Below, one piece after another: positions 18,445-26,620 of a DNA stretch of 32,000 nucleotides. Source of the stretch: Ignicoccus hospitalis KIN4/I (GTDB lineage Archaea > Thermoproteota > Thermoprotei_A > Sulfolobales > Ignicoccaceae); contig NC_009776.1 of the NCBI RefSeq assembly GCF_000017945.1, forward strand, positions 690,001 through 722,000, written 5' to 3'. The notes under the pieces were generated by a model. That model was not told the origin of the DNA and searched no databases. It saw nothing but the letters and a program-made list of their open reading frames with translations. The first letter of the stretch is position 1; each line of letters starts with the position of its first letter. Made by a program: the position numbers and the translations under genes.

Positions 18445-20945
18445 CTCTTCACCTTTACTATGACGTCCGATAACAAGTGAGTGCCCGTAACCGGGTCTAT
18501 CAAGAACGGTGATTGAAGAACGTTGAACTTTAGGTCCTTGTACTTACCAAACGTCAACTTCACCTCGAACCCGTAGTTCGGCGGAACGTAGATCGCCTCT
18601 GGGACTATGCCTTCGGTCAGCTTCGCCGGCCCCCTGACGCACTCCTCGCCGGCGCACACCTCGACCACCTCGCCGTCGTTGATGCCCAACCTCTGCCCCC
18701 TAGCCTTGTTTATCCATATCTTCTTGGAATCGTCAACTATCCACGACAACAGCGGGTTAGGTTGTAGCCACGTGTAGCTCATGTTTTTCTCCTTCCCAGT
18801 CAAAAGTACGAACTCGTCAGAGGCTAAGGCCTTCCTCATCCAGATCGGGGGTACCCAGGTGGGCAGCGGGTGCCACTCGGGCTTAAGCTCACCCTTCCTC
18901 GACTTTATTATTTTCAATAGTTTGAGCGGCAAGATCTCCACCTTTCCGCTGGCCGTGTTAAGCCAGCCGTTCTCCAAGATTTTTGCGTTCATTTCCAATC
19001 CCCACGAGTCGTCCGTCAAGTACACTATTCCTTTGTTCTTCACGTCGTCGAACTTTACCCCTTGCTTCTCGCACTGCTTGCGTATTACGCTCTCGAAGTC
19101 GCCCTTCTCGAGCGCTTCCTTTACGTCACAGCCCGGACAGAGCACGTTTTCCAACTTGCTTAGGTATTTCTCGAGGAGGCCAAGCTCTCTGAAGGCGTCG
19201 GCCCATATGGTTAGCATGTCCTTGCACTCGGCCTCGACTGCGGGGAAGGCCGCCATGAACCCCTTAGCCAAGCTGAATGGGATGCCGCTGAGGACGTTGT
19301 ACCTTTCTAAGTAACCGCACTCCGGTATGAACAAGTCGCTGTAGAGCACGCTGTCGTCTTTCATTAATCCTATGTCTATTATTTTCTCGACGTTGGGGTG
19401 TTTGGCTACCTTCTGGAACGCTTGACCCATGAAGGTCCTCGCGGGGTTGCCGCCCAAGATGATGATTACGACTCCTTTGTTCTCTTCGACGAATCTGAGG
19501 AGGCCGTGGTACCCCCTGCCCCAAGGTATGAGCGGGCCTTTGGTTACGGTGCCGTCGCTGAGGGCTATCGGCGTCTCGCTCTCGTACTCGTAAAGCTTAG
19601 ACGGCTTTTCCTTCACCGGAGGGCCGGCCACCGGCGGTGCGGCCCTCTGCAACACCTTCCCTATTCCGCCCATACTGAGGACCACGCCTCCGGGCCTCAG
19701 GAAGTTGCCAGTAACGATCGAGAGGACGGCCGCGGCCCGGTACAGCTGGAAGTGGTTGAAGTACTTGTTAGCGCTCCACCCCGTCTCTACGGCGGCGGGC
19801 CTGGTCATGGCGAACTCGGCCGCAAGTTTTTCTACCACCTCCTTGGGGACGCCGCTGACCCTCTCAGCCCACTCCGGAGTGTAATCCTTGAGGTGTTCCT
19901 TGAGCGCGTTAAAGACCGTAGTGACGGGCTTGCCCTCGTACTCACCTTCGTAGGTTAGGGAGGGCAGCTTGGCTTCTCTGGAGAACTTGAAGGAGTCGGA
20001 GGCCTCGTCGAATACTAGGAAGTCAACGACCTCGAACTCCTTCATCGGGTTCTTAACAACTATGTTCTTCGTTTCCACCAGTTCCAAGGTGTCCTTGTAT
20101 ATTAGCATGGGCGCGTTGGTATATTTCTTCAAGTACGTTTCATCGTAGAGGCCTTCGTTGATTATCACGTTAAGCATGGCTAGGAAGACGGCTAAGTCAG
20201 TGCCGGGCTTCACCGGAACCCACTCGTCGGCCTTGGCCGCCCACTCGCTCAGCCTCGGGTCCATAACTACCAGCTTGTAGCTGCCCAACTTGGCGCCGGC
20301 CTTGGCCGTCTGGCCCACTGCTACCGAGCCGCCCAAGTTCCTTCCGAAGGAGAGGAAGTACTTGGTCCTCTCGTAGTCTGGGACCAAGAACGCGTGGTGG
20401 CCCGGGGCCCCGGAGAAGCCCCACGAGAGCAGCTTCGAGCCTATGCAAGTCGAGAGCGGGATGTTGATAACGTTGTCAGTGCCTATCGTCGGGGCTATGG
20501 CCATACTTATAGGGTCGTTGTACGCGGCGGCAGCAGCTTGGCCTACTACCAACACGACCTTCCAAGGGGCACCCTCTTCGAGCTTCTCCTTTATTATGCT
20601 GGCCATCTCGGCAATTGCGGTCTTGTAGTCTACTTCTTCGAAGTCCCACGACCCCCTCTCGGATCCCCGCCTCTTGAGGGGCGTCCTCAACCGGTCCGGG
20701 TTTTCGAGCTGTAGAGGCCCGGAGTTCCCCCTAGGGCACACGTGGCCTTTGTTGTGGTAGGTCGCGTAGGGGTTGCCGTAAACCCTCACGGCCTTTCCGT
20801 TTCGGACCTCTACCAGTATACTGCACGACGCCGTACACATGCGGCATATGTTCGGTACTAGCTTGACTCCGGAGGCCCTCTCCTTTTCTAGGCCTTCTAA
20901 CGGCACGTTGAACGGCTTTACCGAGAGTTTTGATAAGATCTTCAT
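18441..20945 (-). CDS. Molybdopterin (bis-PGD) oxidoreductase catalytic subunit, PsrA/PhsA/SreA-like
   Basis: CRMCTASCSILVEVRNGKAV...GHVCPRG, PLSTCIGSK, GWSANKYFNHFQLYRAAAVLSIVTGNFLRPGG, NPLLSWIVDD..WINKARGQRLGINDG. 4-bp ATGA overlap with the FeS subunit. Confidence 0.93.
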   Translation of the reverse strand: MKILSKLSVKPFNVPLEGLEKERASGVKLVPNICRMCTASCSILVEVRNGKAVRVYGNPYATYHNKGHVCPRGNSGPLQLENPDRLRTPLKRRGSERGSWDFEEVDYKTAIAEMASIIKEKLEEGAPWKVVLVVGQAAAAAYNDPISMAIAPTIGTDNVINIPLSTCIGSKLLSWGFSGAPGHHAFLVPDYERTKYFLSFGRNLGGSVAVGQTAKAGAKLGSYKLVVMDPRLSEWAAKADEWVPVKPGTDLAVFLAMLNVIINEGLYDETYLKKYTNAPMLIYKDTLELVETKNIVVKNPMKEFEVVDFLVFDEASDSFKFSREAKLPSLTYEGEYEGKPVTTVFNALKEHLKDYTPEWAERVSGVPKEVVEKLAAEFAMTRPAAVETGWSANKYFNHFQLYRAAAVLSIVTGNFLRPGGVVLSMGGIGKVLQRAAPPVAGPPVKEKPSKLYEYESETPIALSDGTVTKGPLIPWGRGYHGLLRFVEENKGVVIIILGGNPARTFMGQAFQKVAKHPNVEKIIDIGLMKDDSVLYSDLFIPECGYLERYNVLSGIPFSLAKGFMAAFPAVEAECKDMLTIWADAFRELGLLEKYLSKLENVLCPGCDVKEALEKGDFESVIRKQCEKQGVKFDDVKNKGIVYLTDDSWGLEMNAKILENGWLNTASGKVEILPLKLLKIIKSRKGELKPEWHPLPTWVPPIWMRKALASDEFVLLTGKEKNMSYTWLQPNPLLSWIVDDSKKIWINKARGQRLGINDGEVVEVCAGEECVRGPAKLTEGIVPEAIYVPPNYGFEVKLTFGKYKDLKFNVLQSPFLIDPVTGTHLLSDVIVKVKR

Positions 20946-20951
20946 AATCTA

Positions 20952-21893
20952 TCACCCATAAATTAGGACTTTTAACAATAACAAGGCTATCCATATCAAA
21001 AACGCCGCGAGGGTAACCATGACTTCGGGGCGCTCGACGAACGCGGCCTCTTGGGAGAAGGCGTAGGAGTACGGCGGCAAGCTCAGCCTCAGCCTCTGAG
21101 GCCACTCCGCAGAGAGCGCCTTGTTCGCGAACAAGCCTATGAAGGCCAGCGCGGCCCCCGCGACGGGGTTCGCGAGAGAGACGACGGCGGCCAGCGCTAG
21201 GAGCGCGTAGTACGGCGCTACGTACTTGAGCGGCACTTCCAACCTCTCGAAGGACTTAACGAAGTAGAGTTCCCAGAAGTCGAGGAGTAGTAAGGAAATT
21301 ACGGATACCAATATAATGTCCCCCCTCGTTAACCATATACCCATCGCTAGGAATGTTGCCGCTGCGAACTCGGCGGCCTTGGCGGAGCCTTGCCACCCGG
21401 GCACCTTACTAGTCCCGAACGCCATACCGAAGTTCGTTTCCAACAAGATAGCCGAGGCTATGGCTAGGAGCGCGGCCTCCGGCGAGGGGGCGAGGAGGAG
21501 CCAGAGTATCGACAACGCTAATAGCACGTAGAATGCGACGTTCCACGCGATCCTAGAAGTCTTGTTGAAGCTCGTTAGGATGTTAATTGCCCTCTCGGGG
21601 GCGCCTAGGTCGGCGACCACCAGCGCCCACGCGGGTACCAAACTGGCCAAGGCTAGGAACGCCAACGGTTGGGGCTCAGCCCTTATCACTCCCAGCCCCG
21701 CGAGCCCCGCGGCTATCGCCGCTCCCGCGGCTAGCGTTGCGAAGAACGAATACGCGGGGACTAGGAACTTCCAAGCAATTTTCGACCTCTCTACCATTCC
21801 TTCTTCGTTTGCTAACAGTTCGCGCCAGTACTTTACGAACGCTAAGGCGCCCGCGCATGCCAGTATCAAAAAGCTCACGGCGACAATGACCAA
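20952..21893 (-). CDS. NrfD/PsrC-like integral membrane subunit
   Basis: About 8-9 TM segments; VVADLGAPERAINIL; immediately upstream of the catalytic subunit. Confidence 0.88.
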   Translation of the reverse strand: MVIVAVSFLILACAGALAFVKYWRELLANEEGMVERSKIAWKFLVPAYSFFATLAAGAAIAAGLAGLGVIRAEPQPLAFLALASLVPAWALVVADLGAPERAINILTSFNKTSRIAWNVAFYVLLALSILWLLLAPSPEAALLAIASAILLETNFGMAFGTSKVPGWQGSAKAAEFAAATFLAMGIWLTRGDIILVSVISLLLLDFWELYFVKSFERLEVPLKYVAPYYALLALAAVVSLANPVAGAALAFIGLFANKALSAEWPQRLRLSLPPYSYAFSQEAAFVERPEVMVTLAAFLIWIALLLLKVLIYG

Positions 21894-21953
21894 TCCCTAA
21901 ACCCGCGGGAGTTCCCGACCGGTCGGTAATTAATTTTCTCTTGGGTTAGCTCG

Positions 21954-23063
21954 TCAGCGCGCCCTCAACCACTCTTCGTATATTCCCCTCTCCAACGCCC
22001 ACTCCTTCAACGGGCCTAACACTATTGCCTTGCCCTTTATGTGCTCCGGGGCGGGGCTTCCCGTCAAGAACAAGCCTATCTTTATTGATAGCATCATAGA
22101 TTTCAAGAACTTTTTCAATTCTTCTTTCCCCTCATAAGCCGCCTTGAGGGCGGGCAAGGCTACTCCGACCAAGTCGGCCCCGAGGGCTAACGACTTTACG
22201 GCGTGTAGGCCGTCCCTTATGCCTCCCGAAGCTATTACTAAGGCGTCCGGCGCGGCGGCTCTGGCCTCCATTATCGACGCGGCCGTCGGGATCCCCCAAG
22301 AGGACATCCAGTCAGCCACAGTCGCTAGCACTTCGTCGCCCTTCTCCCTCGCTCGGTACATCTCCACCCTCACCCAGCTCGTCCCCCCGGAGCCGGAGAC
22401 GTCGAAGGCCTTTATTCCGAGCTCCCTAAGAGCCTTCACGCTTTCGTAGTCCAAGCCCGCTCCCGTCTCCTTTATTATTATTGGCTTCTCCACCTTGTCT
22501 ACTAGTTCAGAGAGCTTGTTCAGCAACCCTTTGTAATCTACGTCGCCTTCCGGTTGGAATGACTCCTGGGCGGCGTTCAAGTGAATAGCTATGGCGTCGG
22601 CGTCTATCATATCTATAGCTTTCTTTATCTCTTCTAAGCCGTAGCCCTTGAGCAGCTGCGGCGCGCCCAAGTTGGCTATTAACAGCGCGTTGGGGGCCCT
22701 TTCTCGGGCTATCCTGAAGGTCCACTCCAGCTCCGGCCTCTCGACCGCTGCCCTCTGGCTCCCCACCCCCATGCCCAACCCCAGCTCTTCTACGACCTCA
22801 GCGATGACGGCGTTGATCTTAGCTGCGTGTTCGTTGCCCCCGGTCATGCCGGTTACTATGAGAGGCGCGCTCAACTTCTTCCCGAAGACTTCTATTTCAG
22901 TGACCACCTCCTCTAGGTTAAGCTCCGGCACGGCTCTGTGAGGGACTTTGACGAAGTCCAACCACGTGTCGCCGGCCTCGACGTCCTCGAGGAGGGTTAT
23001 CCGTAAGTGGTCAAGCTTCCTGTTCGACGTTTCCAACTTCGCACCAGCCCGCCTTTTACACAA
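21954..23063 (-). CDS. fni: Type 2 isopentenyl-diphosphate delta-isomerase
   Basis: RKLDHLRI, APLIVTGMTGG, MGVGSQRAA, IAIHLNAAQESFQPEGD, IIIKETGAG, DVSGSGGTSWVRVE, VIASGGIRDG. Confidence 0.96.
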   Translation of the reverse strand: MCKRRAGAKLETSNRKLDHLRITLLEDVEAGDTWLDFVKVPHRAVPELNLEEVVTEIEVFGKKLSAPLIVTGMTGGNEHAAKINAVIAEVVEELGLGMGVGSQRAAVERPELEWTFRIARERAPNALLIANLGAPQLLKGYGLEEIKKAIDMIDADAIAIHLNAAQESFQPEGDVDYKGLLNKLSELVDKVEKPIIIKETGAGLDYESVKALRELGIKAFDVSGSGGTSWVRVEMYRAREKGDEVLATVADWMSSWGIPTAASIMEARAAAPDALVIASGGIRDGLHAVKSLALGADLVGVALPALKAAYEGKEELKKFLKSMMLSIKIGLFLTGSPAPEHIKGKAIVLGPLKEWALERGIYEEWLRAR

Positions 23064-23107
23064 AAACGCTCTATTTTACTGGTTCTCGCAGTCCCGGGGC
23101 TCAAGCC

Positions 23108-23677
23108 TTGGAGAGGAGGACTAAGGAGACCGTGGTCAAAGTGGAGAAGTGCGAGCGCGCGAGCGCAGACGTGGAGATACCCTTCTTCCGCCACATGCTC
23201 GAGACGTTCTTGAAGCATTCCGGCCTGGCCGCTTGCATAAGCGCTCGCGACCTCCAAGGCTTTGATGACCACCACTTGGTGGAGGACGTGGCCATAGTTC
23301 TGGGAAGGTTCTTGAAAGAAGAGTTCGCTAAGAAGGTGGAAGAGGGAACTCTCAAGAGGTTCACGTGGTCTTTGGTCCCCATGGACGAGGCGCTGGCGCG
23401 CTGCGCGCTCGACGTCTCAGGGAGAGGAGGCTTCTACGGCAGTATGGAGTTCGAGCGGGAGGAGATAGGCGGCCTCGCGCTGGAGAACGTGGAGCACTTC
23501 TTCGAGACCCTCGCTCGGGAGGCAAGGATCACGTTGCACTTAGACCTCCTTAAGGGCAAGAACGACCATCACAAAGTAGAAGCGTTGTTCAAGGCGTTCG
23601 CCAAGTGTGTGTCCGAAGCGCTGGGGTACGGCGGAGAGCTCAGCACCAAGGGGGTGATAGAGATCAATGGTCAGTAA
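23108..23677 (+). CDS. hisB: Imidazoleglycerol-phosphate dehydratase
   Basis: RTKETVV, FFRHMLETFLKHS, DDHHLVEDVAIVLG, PMDEALARCALDVSGR, ENVEHFFETLAREARITLHLDLLKGKNDHHKVEALFKAFAK. Confidence 0.96.
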   Translation: MERRTKETVVKVEKCERASADVEIPFFRHMLETFLKHSGLAACISARDLQGFDDHHLVEDVAIVLGRFLKEEFAKKVEEGTLKRFTWSLVPMDEALARCALDVSGRGGFYGSMEFEREEIGGLALENVEHFFETLAREARITLHLDLLKGKNDHHKVEALFKAFAKCVSEALGYGGELSTKGVIEINGQ

Positions 23678-23801
23678 ATTGAACGTTTTAAACTTTTGAC
23701 TCCATTCTATCTATACAATAGTATATCATGCCCTTCAGCCGTAATAATCGATATATATCCTAATATTGTGAATCGAGCCCGAAGCAACTAGCAAATCGAG
23801 G

Positions 23802-23818
23802 ATGCCGGTAACTGGCAT
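23802..23818 (-). terminator. Hairpin atgccgg-taa-ctggcat downstream of the DUF2341 gene
   Basis: 7-bp stem (one G-U type pair), 3-nt loop, about 30 nt beyond the stop of the minus-strand gene; functional role uncertain. Confidence 0.3.
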
Positions 23819-23849
23819 AGTTAATGTACGGATTAGCTTTCCCAGAACT

Positions 23850-25811
23850 CTAGCTACCATCTTTGAGCCTCCTTCTAAGCGCGACTAGGAAGACACTAGC
23901 CAACGCAACGACGGGGGTCTCGGGCTTTGTCGTACTAGACAGTATCGTAGTTGTCTCTACTAAGGTGGTTGGAACCAGCGTTACAGACGTTGTAACCACA
24001 GCGGTGTTAGTAAGAGTTACGTTCGCCGGAGGGAAGAACCCGTATATGGGTTCCCTCTCAGCGTACTTCCTCACCCTGACCCAGTCCCAGAAGTCCGATA
24101 CGTTGACCTTCTTCCTCTGTTCTACTTTAAACTTCCCACCGAAGTTGGGGCACTGCAGCGAAGTGCTGGCCAATAAGTTCCCGTTCTGATCGAAGACGTT
24201 TATTGAGAAGGTTCCGTTGAACGAGACCTTAAAGGTCAGCCACCGGTGATCGGGGAACGCGTCGAGCAGTTTGACGTCTTCCACTTGACCGTTGCATATC
24301 AACCTAGAGCTCAAGGAGGTCCCGTCCATTTCGTGTAACGAAAGCTCGTTCCCGCTCCGGTCTTCAATTACTAACGCGTTCCACTGGTCGTCCCCGCCCA
24401 TGTTCATTACCTTGGCCTCAACCAGGAACTCGCTTACCGATATCTCCTTGCTTACCATGTTCGACCAGTGGTCGCTCCCCCACACCTCTAACTGGCCGTC
24501 GTAGATCTTGTAATTGATTGGTAAGTAAGTACCGCTGCCCAGAATCCACTTGGTAGAGTTCAGCTGGGTTTCAGAGAAGTCGTCGTAGAAGTCAAACACT
24601 TGGTCCCCGCTTACAGCCCCGTTCGCGACTCTCTCAATTATTAGGTATATTCCGCTCTTGGCCGGTATCGACGGGACCCTTATCCAGACATAGCCATCGC
24701 CTTTCAATGGATCTGCTGTACACTCATCATTAGCAGTTTCGTAGCAGAAGGGGACGCTGATCCCGTTGTAGATCACCTTTAGCGGTTTGCCTTGGAGCTC
24801 AATTGGCAATTGAGCCCTTAGCTGGTACTCTGCGAGGTCGTAGTCGTTGGGGTTGAAGACGGCCAGGAGGGAGTGTGGCGAAACCATGACAACGGAAGCA
24901 ATTGGTTCCTCATCAGCGTACTTCCTCACCCTGACCCAGTCCCAATAGTCCTTATTGCTATAGCATTTCCATTGCCTTATGTAAGCTTCAGTGAAGTCAT
25001 TGCAAGTGAACACCTTACTCGCTTTCACTAAGAGGTTCCAGCTATTGTCGAATACCTCTCCCCAGTAGGAAGTGCCTTTCTTGACTATCCTCAGTATTAA
25101 CCATTGGTTCAATGGGAACCTATCCATTAGTTCCTCATAGTCATTGTCGTAATTACCTCTACAGTACACTTGCACGTACATGTCGTCACTGCCCCAGATG
25201 TTGAGTATTCCGTACCTATTCCAATCGCCGTTCGCGTCGGTTAGGTATAACGCGTGCCACTGATCGTCTTGAGCATTGAGGATCCTCGCTTCAACTACTG
25301 CGTTCTCCAAGCCTATTGGATCCTTGCTCCTAAGGATCCTCCAGTGTCCGTCCGACCAAGTAGCCAACTGACCGTTTTCGATTGAGTAGTAAATTCCGCC
25401 GTAATTAGCATCGCCTAAGACCCATTTATTAGTATCCAATTGACCCTCGTTGAAGTCGTCGTAGAAGTCGAACACTTGGTCTCCATTAACTGCTCCGTTA
25501 GTTCCGACTGCTAACTTTAGTCCAGTCTTCCCGTTGGCCGGTATGAATGGGACCTTTATCCAAATGTAACCGTCGCCCTTTGTCGAGTCAGTAGTGCACT
25601 CGTAATTGGTAGTTTCGTAGCAGAATGGAACTGGGGAGTTGTTGTAGGTTATGGCTATCTCTCTACCCTTCAACTCGTCCGGTAGCTCAACCCTTACTTG
25701 GTACTCCGTGAGGTTGTAGTCGTTCGGATTGTAAATGGTCACGTGGTAGATCCAGTTCGAAGCAGTAGCAATGGCTACTAACAGAGTAAGGATTACCGCG
25801 ACTCTCCTCAC
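23850..25811 (-). CDS. Exported surface protein with two tandem DUF2341 + ConA/LamG-like modules and a C-terminal anchor
   Basis: Signal peptide MRRVAVILTLLVAIATA. Duplicated modules starting YNPNDYNLTEYQVRVELPDEL.. and FNPNDYDLAEYQLRAQLPIEL.., each with GDQVFDFYDDF and ending in WDWVRVRKYA. C-terminus VVALASVFLVALRRRLKDGS. Confidence 0.9.
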   Translation of the reverse strand: MRRVAVILTLLVAIATASNWIYHVTIYNPNDYNLTEYQVRVELPDELKGREIAITYNNSPVPFCYETTNYECTTDSTKGDGYIWIKVPFIPANGKTGLKLAVGTNGAVNGDQVFDFYDDFNEGQLDTNKWVLGDANYGGIYYSIENGQLATWSDGHWRILRSKDPIGLENAVVEARILNAQDDQWHALYLTDANGDWNRYGILNIWGSDDMYVQVYCRGNYDNDYEELMDRFPLNQWLILRIVKKGTSYWGEVFDNSWNLLVKASKVFTCNDFTEAYIRQWKCYSNKDYWDWVRVRKYADEEPIASVVMVSPHSLLAVFNPNDYDLAEYQLRAQLPIELQGKPLKVIYNGISVPFCYETANDECTADPLKGDGYVWIRVPSIPAKSGIYLIIERVANGAVSGDQVFDFYDDFSETQLNSTKWILGSGTYLPINYKIYDGQLEVWGSDHWSNMVSKEISVSEFLVEAKVMNMGGDDQWNALVIEDRSGNELSLHEMDGTSLSSRLICNGQVEDVKLLDAFPDHRWLTFKVSFNGTFSINVFDQNGNLLASTSLQCPNFGGKFKVEQRKKVNVSDFWDWVRVRKYAEREPIYGFFPPANVTLTNTAVVTTSVTLVPTTLVETTTILSSTTKPETPVVALASVFLVALRRRLKDGS

Positions 25812-25964
25812 GGTTCACTACCGTTTTACGTGACTCGTTACAGACTCTATTTATAGTTAACATTGTTACGAATTGTCACCATCGTTAAGTATCGTTCTGA
25901 ATCGTTTGCCTAGTTACTAATTATAACAAACATGCCAATAACTTTTAAGATCCAGAGAGTCAGT

Positions 25965-26040
25965 GGTTCGCACGGATTGCCTGCGTTTGGCGCAGAAAAT
26001 GCGAACTTTCGACCAGCTCGTTACCAATCGAGTCGGTCGC
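25965..26040 (+). ncRNA. Candidate structured RNA (nested hairpin plus a second hairpin)
   Basis: Inverted repeats gttcgca(25966-25972)/tgcgaac(26000-26006), ctgcg(25981-25985)/cgcag(25991-25995), cgaccagctcg(26010-26020)/cgagtcggtcg(26029-26039). TATA-like acttttaag at about 25941-25949 would place a start near 25967. Strand uncertain. Confidence 0.35.
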
Positions 26041-26094
26041 ATTTGACTAAGGAGTTACCTGGATCTGACCTATAAGTTACCAAGAAATGGGCAA

Positions 26095-26102
26095 CTTATA
26101 AT
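26095..26102 (+). promoter_or_regulatory. TATA-like box (cttataat)
   Basis: Centred about 26 nt upstream of an ATG at 26125, ideal spacing for a leaderless archaeal transcript. Confidence 0.45.
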
Positions 26103-26124
26103 AGATATTAATTCGCAACTCGAT

Positions 26125-26265
26125 ATGGACGATACGGACGTTTTGGAGGAGCTTAAGTGGCCCTTTCAAGCTTTCTTGGTGTTGCTCTTAGACAGCTCTG
26201 ATGCACATCACTTAAGCATCAATAACTTAATCAAATTAAGGAGAAAGAACGCCCTTCCTGACTAA
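26125..26265 (+). CDS. Possible leaderless small protein (46 aa)
   Basis: MDDTDVLEELKWPFQAFLVLLLDSSDAHHLSINNLIKLRRKNALPD*; preceded by a well-placed TATA box; too short for the supplied ORF track. Confidence 0.4.
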   Translation: MDDTDVLEELKWPFQAFLVLLLDSSDAHHLSINNLIKLRRKNALPD

Positions 26266-26556
26266 TTCTTGGAAGTACTCGCTATCCTTCAAGTCGTCCT
26301 TATAGAGTTCCTAGACCTCTCTAACGTATTTGAAGACGATCTCCTTTACTTCCCCCTCACCCCAGTCCCAAATGTCAAGTAACGTCTTCGCTAATGCCTC
26401 GGCGAAGAGCAATACTCTCTTGCGTCTCTTCTTGACTGCCGCTTGGACCATTTCGCCCCTCTGATAATTTTTGGAAGCGTGGGCAGAATAACTGAGCGAA
26501 GCTTCGGAGAGAAATTTCTGGGGGTTAACTTCACAATAATGTTTGAATAAGAACAT
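26236..26556 (-). pseudogene. Possible degraded helical gene (weakly PaREP1/HEPN-like) with an in-frame TAG
   Basis: 81 aa ORF 26311..26556, then in-frame TAG at 26311-26313, then 24 more plausible codons ELYKDDLKDSEYFQELVRKGVLSP*. Confidence 0.3.
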
Positions 26557-26620
26557 AGCTATTCATCGAGAACCAACTCGAAGGGTGTTAGGAAAGCGAA
26601 TGCCCGTTTAAAAAGCTAGG

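Noticed and set aside
18781-20714. ORFs opposite or overlapping the molybdopterin oxidoreductase gene
   Set aside because: The 834 aa catalytic subunit accounts for the sequence; the overlapping ORFs have unnatural composition.
21587-21889. Antisense ORFs across the NrfD-like gene (21316..21531, 21562..21900, 21587..21889, 21676..21858)
   Set aside because: Shadow ORFs opposite a clearly coding GC-rich membrane protein gene; Pro/Arg/Ser-rich translations without domain features.
26001-26045. Replication origin element (ORB-like) in the inverted repeat cluster
   Set aside because: I did not recognise the canonical ORB/mini-ORB sequence, and no cdc6/orc1 gene is adjacent. The structured RNA hypothesis fits better.
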